DNA of 64,000 bases from an uncultured Candidatus Saccharibacteria bacterium. Its GTDB lineage: Bacteria; Patescibacteriota; Saccharimonadia; Saccharimonadales; Saccharimonadaceae. Below the pieces are notes generated by a model that did no database searches, was not told the origin of the DNA, and saw only the letters and a list, made by a program, of their open reading frames with translations. Below, in pieces: positions 9,801-18,900 of this stretch. A program made the translations under genes and the position numbers. The DNA lies in contig CAUTML010000002.1 of the NCBI GenBank assembly GCA_963539845.1, forward strand, positions 31,372-95,371, given 5' to 3'. Position 1 is the first letter of the stretch, and the number at the start of each line of letters is the position of its first letter.

Positions 9801-9911
9801 CTATTTTATAACTAGACTGCCAAATCACCGAAATCGCCCGCTGATTAGCTGACTCGACTGGGTTTTGTGGCGATTTTATGCTATAATTTGCCTGATTATC
9901 AAAGGAGTTTT

Positions 9912-10985
9912 ATGAGTTTATCAATTGGAATTGTTGGTTTGCCTAATGTTGGCAAATCCACCCTGTTTAATGTCTTAACTAAAAATGAAATTTTAGCGGC
10001 TAACTATCCGTTTGCTACCATCGAGCCCAATTCAGGCATTGTGCCAGTGCCCGACCCCCGTCTTAATGTCCTACAAACAATCTATGGCGCCGACAAAATT
10101 ATTCCCGCGACCGTGGAATTTATTGATATCGCTGGCTTGGTCGCTGGCGCTTCTAAAGGCGAAGGTCTCGGCAATCAATTTTTAGCTAATATTCGCAATA
10201 CCAACGCTATTATTCACCTGGTGCGCGCCTTCGAAGACGACAATATTATTCACGTCAACAACCAAATCAACCCCGCTGGCGACATTGAAATTATTAACAC
10301 CGAGCTGATCCTAGCCGACATCGCTTCGATTGACAAACAACTAACCAAACTCGCCAAAGAAGCCAAAGCCAACCCTAAACTCCGGACGAAACTTGACCTA
10401 CTCAACCACATCAAGACTGAGCTTGAATCCGGCAAAACCATCAATCAATTAGCTATCGACCACGCCGAAATTAAAGACCTTAATTTATTAACCGCTAAGC
10501 CGGTGATTTATGTGTTTAATTTAACCGAAGCTGACCTGGCTAACGACGCCAAAAAAGCCGAATTATCCGCCCTAGTCGTTCCCGCTCAAGCCAATTTCAT
10601 CGCCATCAAATTAGAAGATGAACTGCGCACGCTGCCTGACGACGAAGCCAAAGAATTGCTTGAAAGCTACGGCGTCAGCGAAGGCGGTTTAGCTCAATTA
10701 ATTCACACCGCTTACGACATTTTGGGCTTACAAAGCTACCTGACCGCCGGCCAAAAAGAAGTCCGCGCCTGGACCATCAAAAAAGGTTCGACCGCCCCCC
10801 AAGCCGCTGGCGTAATTCACTCTGATTTTGAACGTGGTTTTATTGCTGCTCAAATTGTTGATTATAACGATTTAATTACATATGGCAGCGAGCAAAAAGC
10901 CAAAGAGGCTGGCAAAGTCCGCACTGAAGGCAAAGATTATGTTATGCAGCCTAATGATGTAGTTGAATTTCGTTTTAATGTTTAA
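9912..10985 (+). CDS. ychF: Ribosome-binding ATPase YchF (Obg-like)
   Basis: MSLSIGIVGLPNVGKSTLFN..., a G4/TGS-like C-terminus and the DVVEFRFNV ending typical of YchF. AAAGGAG SD lies 5 nt upstream of ATG 9912. The upstream in-frame GTG/ATG extension lacks an SD. Confidence 0.9.
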   Translation: MSLSIGIVGLPNVGKSTLFNVLTKNEILAANYPFATIEPNSGIVPVPDPRLNVLQTIYGADKIIPATVEFIDIAGLVAGASKGEGLGNQFLANIRNTNAIIHLVRAFEDDNIIHVNNQINPAGDIEIINTELILADIASIDKQLTKLAKEAKANPKLRTKLDLLNHIKTELESGKTINQLAIDHAEIKDLNLLTAKPVIYVFNLTEADLANDAKKAELSALVVPAQANFIAIKLEDELRTLPDDEAKELLESYGVSEGGLAQLIHTAYDILGLQSYLTAGQKEVRAWTIKKGSTAPQAAGVIHSDFERGFIAAQIVDYNDLITYGSEQKAKEAGKVRTEGKDYVMQPNDVVEFRFNV

Positions 10986-10988
10986 TAA

Positions 10989-11013
10989 ATAACCCCACAT
11001 TGAGTGGGGTTTC
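10989..11013. terminator. Bidirectional hairpin terminator between convergent genes
   Basis: AACCCCAC-attga-GTGGGGTT between ychF (+) and the 11015-11650 gene (-). Confidence 0.55.
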
Positions 11014-11014
11014 A

Positions 11015-11650
11015 TTAAGTGATCGTATTATCAATCTTGCCATAGTTATAAGGCATTAAAAACGGCAAAATATTCAAGGCCAACATATTAGCGTCGATTT
11101 CACTGCGGCTAATTTTATAGTCGGATAAAATGCCAACTATCTCCGTTTTCCCAGATAATTCAATTAACTCTTTTTCTGGTTTAGAATCAGTCGGAATATT
11201 AACAAAATCATAATATTCCACCCATTCAGTATCACAATCCAAGAGATAGTCGAGCGAACTACGAATTGACTTCTGCCGCTCAGCCTGCTTAAACATGATT
11301 GGGCTAATTGGCAAAGATGCCGATTGACCTTGCAATAAAGTTCTGGCTTCACGGCTGATAATTGCACATTTTGACTGCAAATAAAAGTTGTCTTCTGACT
11401 CCTCAAAATAACCACCCTCAACTGAAATAATAAAATCCCAATCGATGTTATATTTAGTTAAATTTTTCTGAGCTTCAATTAACCGATTTAATGCACCAAG
11501 TGCTGTTTCATCGCCGATTGGATGACTGCTGACACCAGATTCGACATTTAGACAGATAACATCGGCTGCTACATGTAAAACTCGAAACGCCTTCTTTACC
11601 GCCTTGTATTTTGACAAACTCATCGAGGCTAAAAATACTTTTTTCCTCAT
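11015..11650 (-). CDS. YjjX-family (DUF84) inosine/xanthosine triphosphatase-like protein
   Basis: By-eye collinearity with E. coli YjjX. [22 protein letters not shown] matches [31 protein letters not shown] matches WVAIEAGI, and the C-terminal [24 protein letters not shown] matches [24 protein letters not shown]. It carries an internal insertion. Confidence 0.5.
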   Translation of the reverse strand: [211 protein letters not shown]

Positions 11651-11728
11651 CTTCTACCCTCCTTTTTATATTTTTAAAATAACTATAACTACACTTCTAT
11701 TATACTATATTTTAAACTTATTTTCAAA

Positions 11729-12457
11729 TTAACCAAGCTTTTTTAGCAGATAAAACCGCTCGACATTGCCTTTTTTACCGCTAATGGCACTGTCTTGCTT
11801 GGCAATAATCACCGCCCAATCTCGCACCCACGCCTCAAATTCCGCCAGCACTTGTCGGCGGTATTTTTCGTTTTTGACCACACCTTTATTTAATATTTCT
11901 CTCGATGCTTCAAATTGTGGTTTTAACATCAGCACCACTTCTGTTGTGTTTTTAACAATATTTTCAAACAAATGTGGTAAAATTTGCCGCACCGAGATGA
12001 AAGACACGTCGATTAGAATCATATCCGGTCGCCCAGCTAAATCACTAATCCTAAAATCCCGAATGTCGGTTTTTTCGTACAGTTCAATCCGTGGATCCTG
12101 ACGCAAAACCCGATCCATTTGATCAGATCCGACATCTACTGCATAAACTTTTTGTGCACCAGATTTGAGAGCAAATTCAGTAAATCCGCCAGTGCTAGAG
12201 CCAACATCCAGAACAATTTTATCGCCAAAATTCAGTCGCAACGCTTCCGTGACGCTCGCCAATTTTAGCCCAGCTCGGCTAACTAATTGTTGTTCAATTT
12301 GCAAGTCAATTTTGTCGGTCTCATTGACAAAAAAACCAGCTTTATTGACCACTCGCCCATTCACCACAACTTTACCTAGTCGAATGAAATTTTCCGCTTG
12401 CGAGCGGCTAGCAACCAAGCCTCGCTCCACTAGTATTTTATCTAATCGAAATTTCAT
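11729..12457 (-). CDS. tlyA: TlyA-family rRNA 2'-O-methyltransferase
   Basis: N-terminal S4 domain (RLDKILVERGLVASRSQAENFI) plus an FtsJ-type SAM-binding motif (VLDVGSSTGGFT). Confidence 0.85.
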   Translation of the reverse strand: MKFRLDKILVERGLVASRSQAENFIRLGKVVVNGRVVNKAGFFVNETDKIDLQIEQQLVSRAGLKLASVTEALRLNFGDKIVLDVGSSTGGFTEFALKSGAQKVYAVDVGSDQMDRVLRQDPRIELYEKTDIRDFRISDLAGRPDMILIDVSFISVRQILPHLFENIVKNTTEVVLMLKPQFEASREILNKGVVKNEKYRRQVLAEFEAWVRDWAVIIAKQDSAISGKKGNVERFYLLKKLG

Positions 12458-12458
12458 T

Positions 12459-13577
12459 TTACTCCCAACGAAACAACTTTATGGCTAGTGTATAGACAAT
12501 TATAATTGCTAAAACAACCCCACCAGCATAAGGTAAAATTTCTAACAAAGAAGCATTTTCAGCTATAATCAGCCGAAAGCCATCAACCACTGGTGTCATT
12601 GGAATAAATTTACTGACCACCTTTAGCCACTCAGGGAACATAAACGACGGGAAAAAAGCGCCTGACAAAAACATCATTGGGAAAGAGATTAAGTTACTTA
12701 ACGGCGACGATTGATTTTCATTTTTTGCCCAAGAACCAACTACCAGACCAAGTCCAACCATCATCATAGCCGACAAAGCCAAGAATGGCACAAACAGCAG
12801 CCAACTACCTCGCATTTGAAAATTAAACACTAACATACCAACTACAATCATCATGAAAGCACTTAACATTGCAATGATTGTATATTGAATGGCATTAGCG
12901 ATGATTAATTGACCCGAGCTAAAAGGTGCAGCTCGTAAACGTCGATATGAACCTTTTTGTTTCTCGGTTGGCATTTGATTAGCCAGTCCAAATACACCCA
13001 TACTCATCAGGCTAAACGCCAATAATCCAGTAAAAGTATAATCAAAATTACTTAAACGCTCATCACCAACCGCTCGTGAAGCAACTTTTAATGGCGGTTC
13101 AGGCTGTCCCATACTTTTATTGATACTATCAACCACTTGTGATATAACTGCTGCTAAAGTACTGCCAGCCTGATCAGAACCTTTTGAATAAAGCACGTTA
13201 ATTGTACCAGATGGCGAACCAGTTTCAGAATTAATTTTTCCAAACTCAGCTGAGAGCTCAATAATTCCGCTGATTTCCGAATGTTTCATTTTTTCTTTAG
13301 CATCATTTAGATCAGCAGCGTCTTTAATTTTTAGCACGCCACTCTTATCACTTTTTACCCCTTCAACAAATCCTCGAGCGAAATCATTTTCAGCATGGTT
13401 AATAATTGCTATATTGAAACTAACTGAAGAATTATTATTAAAAACCGCAGCAAAAACTAGTAAAAATAATAAGGGAAACAAAAAGGTAAAAAATAGCGCT
13501 ACCTTATCTCGCCTAAAACGCTTAAATCCAGCCACAACCTGACCAGCAATTCCGCCCCAATATCGTCTAATACTCAT
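12459..13577 (-). CDS. ABC-2 type transporter permease
   Basis: 372 aa with an N-terminal TM helix, a large extracytoplasmic loop and five C-terminal TM helices. It is coupled (1-nt gap) to the upstream ABC ATPase. Confidence 0.8.
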   Translation of the reverse strand: MSIRRYWGGIAGQVVAGFKRFRRDKVALFFTFLFPLLFLLVFAAVFNNNSSVSFNIAIINHAENDFARGFVEGVKSDKSGVLKIKDAADLNDAKEKMKHSEISGIIELSAEFGKINSETGSPSGTINVLYSKGSDQAGSTLAAVISQVVDSINKSMGQPEPPLKVASRAVGDERLSNFDYTFTGLLAFSLMSMGVFGLANQMPTEKQKGSYRRLRAAPFSSGQLIIANAIQYTIIAMLSAFMMIVVGMLVFNFQMRGSWLLFVPFLALSAMMMVGLGLVVGSWAKNENQSSPLSNLISFPMMFLSGAFFPSFMFPEWLKVVSKFIPMTPVVDGFRLIIAENASLLEILPYAGGVVLAIIIVYTLAIKLFRWE

Positions 13578-13578
13578 C

Positions 13579-14337
13579 TTAATCCCTAATTGCCTTTCCC
13601 GTTAAATCAATAAATACATCTTCTAAATTAGCCTGTTCAACATGCTGTTTTTTCTTAAAACCGCGCTTAAGCAATTGCTGAATTAGGTTTTGTGGTGTGT
13701 CAATCGTCAAAATCTGTCCTCCGTCCATAATTGCTAAACGATCACACAAAACCTCAGCCTCATCCATATAATGTGTTGTCAGTACAATTGTCACTCCATT
13801 ATCACGAATTAGTTTGATTAAATCCCAGAGATTACGTCGCGCCTGGGGATCAAGACCAGTAGTTGGTTCATCAAGAAATAACACCTTGGGATTATTGACT
13901 AGAGCGGAAGCAATCGCAAAGCGCTGCTTTTGACCGCCAGACAATTGCTCAATATAGCTGTTGGCTTTATCAGTTAGTTGCACTTTTTTAAGTAAAGCGT
14001 CAGCATCAACTTTTTCACCATACAAACTAGCAAACATTCTCAACTGCTCACGCAAATTTAACTTGTCGTAAAAGCTAGTTGATTGAAGTTGAATACCAAT
14101 AATTTCTTTTACTCGGTTTGGGGTTTTCGCTACATCAATCCCATCAATCTCGGCTGTTCCACTATCAATCTCTCGTAGTGCTTCTAGCATCTCTAGAGTG
14201 GTTGTCTTACCAGCACCGTTTGGACCTAAAATACCAAAGATTTCCCCCTGTTGGACCGAAAAACTGATCTTCTTAACTACACGGCGACGATTATAGGTTT
14301 TTACTAAATTTTTTACCTCGATAATTGTTTTTGTCAT
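13579..14337 (-). CDS. ABC transporter ATP-binding protein
   Basis: Walker A GPNGAGKTT, signature LSGGQKQR and Walker B LFLDEPT. TGGTAAAAT lies 6 nt upstream of the ATG (leaderless geometry). Confidence 0.9.
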   Translation of the reverse strand: MTKTIIEVKNLVKTYNRRRVVKKISFSVQQGEIFGILGPNGAGKTTTLEMLEALREIDSGTAEIDGIDVAKTPNRVKEIIGIQLQSTSFYDKLNLREQLRMFASLYGEKVDADALLKKVQLTDKANSYIEQLSGGQKQRFAIASALVNNPKVLFLDEPTTGLDPQARRNLWDLIKLIRDNGVTIVLTTHYMDEAEVLCDRLAIMDGGQILTIDTPQNLIQQLLKRGFKKKQHVEQANLEDVFIDLTGKAIRD

Positions 14338-14382
14338 GATTACATTTTACCACTTTTGCCATTAATTAATATCTCTCAATTT

Positions 14383-14411
14383 AAAAATCGCCGAACTAAA
14401 CGACGATTTTT
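14383..14411 (-). terminator. Rho-independent terminator after efp
   Basis: Minus strand reads AAAATCGTCG-tttagtt-CGGCGATTTTTAA. Confidence 0.6.
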
Positions 14412-14421
14412 AAAAACACTG

Positions 14422-14988
14422 TTATTTTTTACGCTCTCGATAGGCGCCAGTTTCGGTATCAATCGACACTTCATCACCAGTTTTAATAAAAGCCGGCACT
14501 TTAACAACCAAACCAGTTTCTAGTTCGGCGTCTTTTAGCACACTAGAAGTAGTGTCGCCTTTAACCACGTCCTCGGTGTAAACCACACTCAAGAACAGGT
14601 TTTTAGGCAAAATCAGGTTAATCACCCGACCATCAAAAAATTGCAGATTAACTTCCGTACCTTCTTTAAGATAATTGATGCTATCACCGACAATTTCCAG
14701 ATTAAGTTCGAATTGCTCAAAAGTTTCTTGATTCATAAAGTAAGCGTTGTCGCCGTCTTTATATAAATATTGCACTTTTTGGCTATCAACTTCAGCTGGT
14801 TTGATTTTTTCTTGACCTTTGTAAGTTTTTGGTAGCACACTACCGTCGGCTAAGTTGCGGATTTTAACGTTAACAATGCTACCGCCTCGCCCCATTACCT
14901 TTTGTGAATATTCAATCACCTGATAAGGCGCGCCATCAATATCAATCAGCACACCTTTTTTTAGCTCAGTTGGTAAATACATAACCAA
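14422..14988 (-). CDS. efp: Elongation factor P
   Basis: 188 aa with a KOW-like N-domain (…IDGAPYQVIEYSQKVMGRGGSIVNVKIRNL…) and OB domains. Confidence 0.95.
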   Translation of the reverse strand: MVMYLPTELKKGVLIDIDGAPYQVIEYSQKVMGRGGSIVNVKIRNLADGSVLPKTYKGQEKIKPAEVDSQKVQYLYKDGDNAYFMNQETFEQFELNLEIVGDSINYLKEGTEVNLQFFDGRVINLILPKNLFLSVVYTEDVVKGDTTSSVLKDAELETGLVVKVPAFIKTGDEVSIDTETGAYRERKK

Positions 14989-14991
14989 CCT

Positions 14992-15186
14992 CTACGCCTG
15001 GACAAATGGCAACAGCGCCAAATGTCGAGCTCGTTTGATCGCCACCGCTAAAGCACGTTGTTGCTTGGCAGTTAGGCCGGTTTTGCTAATTGGATCAATT
15101 TGACCATACATATTGATGTAACGTTGTAAAGTTTTAACATCTCGATAATCAAACACTAGATCATTATCATTTTTTTTCTTTGACAT
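14992..15186 (-). CDS. rpsR: 30S ribosomal protein S18
   Basis: [18 protein letters not shown]...[26 protein letters not shown], in the rpsF-ssb-rpsR arrangement. Confidence 0.9.
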   Translation of the reverse strand: MSKKKNDNDLVFDYRDVKTLQRYINMYGQIDPISKTGLTAKQQRALAVAIKRARHLALLPFVQA

Positions 15187-15213
15187 ACAATTCCTTTTTC
15201 AATTAATTAGTGA

Positions 15214-15636
15214 TTAAAACGGAATATCTGACAAATCAATTTCATCATCAACCACGGCATCGGCTTTTGGCTCTGAACTGGTTGGTTGGCTAGCTGGAGC
15301 GCTAGTGCCTTCGCTGTTGCCAGTTGGACCGTCAAGAAAAGTCACATCGTTAGCCATCACCTCAATACGTGAGCGTTTTTGACCATCTTGTTCCCATTGG
15401 CGTTGACTGAGACGACCCTGCACCAAACAGCGACGCCCCTTGCTCAAATATTGAGCCACCAACTCCGCCAATTTTTCCCAAGCGACGATTTCAAAAAAAT
15501 CAGCGCCGGCGTCTTGACCACCTTTATCGACCGCTAAACTAAAATTAACGACCGACTTACCAGTAGTGGTAGTGCGTAGTTCTGGATCACGCGTTAGGCG
15601 ACCCATTAGAATTACTTGGTTGATACTTTTTGCCAT
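15214..15636 (-). CDS. ssb: Single-stranded DNA-binding protein
   Basis: OB fold (INQVILMGRLTRDPELR...) and an acidic tail ending DIPF. Confidence 0.95.
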   Translation of the reverse strand: MAKSINQVILMGRLTRDPELRTTTTGKSVVNFSLAVDKGGQDAGADFFEIVAWEKLAELVAQYLSKGRRCLVQGRLSQRQWEQDGQKRSRIEVMANDVTFLDGPTGNSEGTSAPASQPTSSEPKADAVVDDEIDLSDIPF

Positions 15637-15656
15637 ATATTCCCCTTTTTAATTTA

Positions 15657-15977
15657 TTATTTTTCCTCAATGGCTTCGGTTTTGACTTGAGTTTTTGGGT
15701 CGGCTTTAACAAGCAGATAGCGCATAACTTCCTTGGTGATGTTTAGCACGTTGGAAATCTTGAGAGGCGCCGTTGCTGGAAGCTCGAGCTCAAAATAGAG
15801 ATAATTAGCAAAAAACTGCTTATCAATTGAGTAAGCTAGACGTTTTTTACCCCAGTTATCTTGTTTAACGATTTTACCGTCAGCTTTGGTAACAATCCCC
15901 GAAATTAGCTCAATCGCCTTATCGATTTCGCTTTCCAGGTCTGGATGGACCAAAACCGTCAATTCGTATTTCTTCAT
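15657..15977 (-). CDS. rpsF: 30S ribosomal protein S6
   Basis: MKKYELTVLVHPDL... is a typical S6 N-terminus, and the gene heads the rpsF-ssb-rpsR cluster. Confidence 0.9.
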   Translation of the reverse strand: MKKYELTVLVHPDLESEIDKAIELISGIVTKADGKIVKQDNWGKKRLAYSIDKQFFANYLYFELELPATAPLKISNVLNITKEVMRYLLVKADPKTQVKTEAIEEK

Positions 15978-16003
15978 ACTCCCGTTGGAATCCTTTCTTG
16001 GAT

Positions 16004-16111
16004 GCTCATTGTTGAGACTTCTGCAAAAAGCTAAATTACTACTGTAAATGCTACTTTTTCACATTTGCTCCCAAATGAGCTGAAGTTAATTAATATTACT
16101 CTTTTATTATA
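16004..16111 (-). promoter_or_regulatory. Extended -10 promoter (TGGTATAAT, 16106-16114) plus a structured ~120-nt 5' leader of rpsF
   Basis: GCTCATT (16080-16074) can pair with AATGAGC (16010-16004), enclosing internal hairpins. The SD GGGAG follows the structure. Confidence 0.35.
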
Positions 16112-16154
16112 CCACAGTTGCCAAAAAAAGTCGAGAATAATCTTTTTAAAATTA

Positions 16155-18350
16155 TTACAATTCGTCTAAACTAGAAATTAGAATTTCACGGGGCTTGGAA
16201 CCATTGCTAGGACCGATGATTCCCCGCGATTCCAACTCGTCAATAATCCGCGCTGCTCGCGAATAACCAATCCGTAACCGTGTTTGTAAATGACTAGTGC
16301 TAGCCCGTTTGCTCTCGAGAATCACCTGCACTGCCTGACGCAAAGTAGCATCGTCCGCCCCACCCATATCGAGATTGCCAACAATTCCGCCCGCGCCCCC
16401 CATTTGGACATCTTGCATGACAATTTCGTCGTTATATTGTGGAGGCATTTGAGCCCGCAGAAAATCGGTAATTTTCATCACTTCTTCATCCGTTACCCAG
16501 GCACCCTGTAACCGACGTGGCTTTGGTGCTTTGGTGGTAACAATCAGCATATCACCCTTGCCGAGCAGTTTCTCGGCGCCCGATTTGTCCATAATCGTCT
16601 TAGAGTCAACCTGACTAGCCACAGTGAAGGCAATCCGCGCCGGCACATTGGCTTTAATCAAACCAGTTACCACATTGACACTCGGGCGCTGAGTCGCCAG
16701 AACCAAGTGAATACCAACCGCTCGGGCTTTTTGCGCCAACCGCACAATTAAGCCTTCCACTTCTTTTGAAGCCACCATCATCAAATCGGCCATCTCATCG
16801 ATCACAATCACAATATAAGGCATTGCGCCGTCATTATGCTGTTGCAAATTACCCCGGTCGTCAGTCAGCCCCACAGTTTTTGACTCTTGCATAATGTAAT
16901 TGTTATAACTGATAATATCGCGCTTTTTAACGCTGGCTAGCAACTGATAACGACGCTCCATTTCGTTAACTGCCCATTTTAAGGCCGAAATTGTCTTAGT
17001 TGGATCGCTAATAATTGGCGTTAGCAAATGTGGAATATCCTCAAAAGGCGCCATCTCCACTTGTTTCGGGTCAACTAAAATCAGCTTTAAATCGCTCGGG
17101 CTATTGCGATATAACAAACTCGTCAGCAAGGTGTTGATCATCACCGATTTACCGGAACCGGTTTGACCAGCAATCAACAAATGTGGCATATCACTCAAAC
17201 TCTCCACTACCGCGTCACCAGAGATATCACGGCCCGCCACGAAGCTCAGCTTATCAGTTTTGTTAAACCAAGCCGACGACTCCATAATACCCCGCAACCG
17301 CACATCAGCGGCACGCACATTTGGTACCTCAATACCAACCGCTCGCTTACCAGGGATTGGCGCCTCAATACGAATACTTTGTGCCGCTAGATTCAAGGCA
17401 ATGTTAGTTTCTAAGGCCGCAATTTTGGTTAGCTTCACCCCACTTGGCGGAGTTAGCGTATATTGGGTAACTTTCGGACCGACATTCGCCCCGGTCATTT
17501 CCACATCAATGTTAAACTCATGAAGGGTATTTTTGATAATCTCAGCGTTTTGTTTGACATCACCAGCATCAGCTGGCGACTGTTTGGATGACAAAATATC
17601 CAGTGGTGGTTGTTTCCAATTCGGGTCCCGCACCGATACCAGCGCCGTTGGCGCTTGTTTATCTTTGTCGTCTTTGGTTTCAGCTGGCTTTGATTTTAAT
17701 AAATTGTCAAATTTGTTGGTTTTATCGCCACCAGAGGTGGTTGGCACGCCCTCCACTAGTTGAAATTCAGACTTGGCAACCTTTGCATCAATGGCAGGTG
17801 CCACTTCTTTAGGTTTAAAACCACTAATTTTGCCTGGTTTTTGGGTTGCAAAAATTTCCTGCATCCGTTTAATGAACAAAAACGGCGATGCTCGAAACAT
17901 AAATAAGCTGTTGATAATAATCAGCACTAGATACACTAATCCCGCTACCCAGCCAGTCGCCAACGAGGCCATTATTTGATTAGCCCCAGCGCCACAAACA
18001 CCTCCGGCAGTTTTTTCGCTAAACAGCGTCCCAAACAGCCCGCTCATCAGCACTAGCATCACTAAACTTGACACATAGGTCGCGATTGATAATTTGTTTT
18101 TATCAGATTTAAATACTTCAGTCCCCAGATACAACAACACCGCCGGCACGATATACGCCCCGTAGCCAAATACCTGCATATTCGCCTGATGGATCGATTG
18201 CAAGGCTGGACCGCCACTGCCAAACCACGATACTGCTAGCAACAACGCCAGCACTATCAACAAAATCGCCCGAACTTGCGCCCAAAAACCAGCCGGTAAT
18301 TGATGTTGCACTGCCGAAGCTTTAGATTTTTTTGATTTTCGTCTTGCCAT
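16155..18350 (-). CDS. ftsK: DNA translocase FtsK/SpoIIIE
   Basis: Four or five N-terminal TM helices, a linker, a motor domain with Walker A GQTGSGKS, and a C-terminal gamma winged-helix domain (…TSHLQTRLRIGYSRAARIIDELE…). Confidence 0.9.
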   Translation of the reverse strand: MARRKSKKSKASAVQHQLPAGFWAQVRAILLIVLALLLAVSWFGSGGPALQSIHQANMQVFGYGAYIVPAVLLYLGTEVFKSDKNKLSIATYVSSLVMLVLMSGLFGTLFSEKTAGGVCGAGANQIMASLATGWVAGLVYLVLIIINSLFMFRASPFLFIKRMQEIFATQKPGKISGFKPKEVAPAIDAKVAKSEFQLVEGVPTTSGGDKTNKFDNLLKSKPAETKDDKDKQAPTALVSVRDPNWKQPPLDILSSKQSPADAGDVKQNAEIIKNTLHEFNIDVEMTGANVGPKVTQYTLTPPSGVKLTKIAALETNIALNLAAQSIRIEAPIPGKRAVGIEVPNVRAADVRLRGIMESSAWFNKTDKLSFVAGRDISGDAVVESLSDMPHLLIAGQTGSGKSVMINTLLTSLLYRNSPSDLKLILVDPKQVEMAPFEDIPHLLTPIISDPTKTISALKWAVNEMERRYQLLASVKKRDIISYNNYIMQESKTVGLTDDRGNLQQHNDGAMPYIVIVIDEMADLMMVASKEVEGLIVRLAQKARAVGIHLVLATQRPSVNVVTGLIKANVPARIAFTVASQVDSKTIMDKSGAEKLLGKGDMLIVTTKAPKPRRLQGAWVTDEEVMKITDFLRAQMPPQYNDEIVMQDVQMGGAGGIVGNLDMGGADDATLRQAVQVILESKRASTSHLQTRLRIGYSRAARIIDELESRGIIGPSNGSKPREILISSLDEL

Positions 18351-18512
18351 ATTTTACCTATTCTTATCTGGGAAACGTTAGTTTGAGTCTAGTCCCAGTT
18401 TTATCTATCTTAACCTTTTTTATTATACGCCAAAAAAGATCAAAATACTCATGTTTATTGTAGCATAAAATACAACATTTGTAAAGATTATGGTTAAATT
18501 TTCAGGCTGTTT

Positions 18513-18824
18513 TTAATCGGTATATTCAAATAAAAGAGTGCCGGCAGCCTTTTCTTTTAAAGAATCATCCGTAATTAGTATCTCGCGCTGAAGAACGAAT
18601 TCGAGTTTTGTAAACTCACTGTCGTTAAATTTCAAAAGATGCGGAAAAACCTCAAATTCGTAATCACCAAAATAATCAGTCGATATCAATATATATTTCG
18701 TGTCGTTTAACCCAAAAAGATAAATCCAGGTATCAGGTCCAACTTCATAATGATTAATTTCTACGGCGTTCTCGCAACCATACGAAGCCATAATTTCTTC
18801 TCGTTCAGTCTTCGATAAATACAT
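18513..18824 (-). CDS. Small acidic hypothetical protein (103 aa)
   Basis: The ORF is open to 18902, but ATG 18824 lies 6 nt after TGTTATAAT (leaderless geometry). The longer form would overlap the divergent femAB-like start. I recognise no family. Confidence 0.5.
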   Translation of the reverse strand: MYLSKTEREEIMASYGCENAVEINHYEVGPDTWIYLFGLNDTKYILISTDYFGDYEFEVFPHLLKFNDSEFTKLEFVLQREILITDDSLKEKAAGTLLFEYTD

Positions 18825-18830
18825 CTTTTT

Positions 18831-18893
18831 ATTATAACATATTTTATGATAATTGTAAAATAACCCTCTTTTTGGCATTATTTTTGATATAAT
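18831..18893. promoter_or_regulatory. Back-to-back extended -10 promoters for two divergent leaderless genes
   Basis: Minus strand: TGTTATAAT (18839-18831), N6, ATG 18824. Plus strand: TGATATAAT (18885-18893), N7, ATG 18901. Confidence 0.5.
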
Positions 18894-18900
18894 ACTAATC

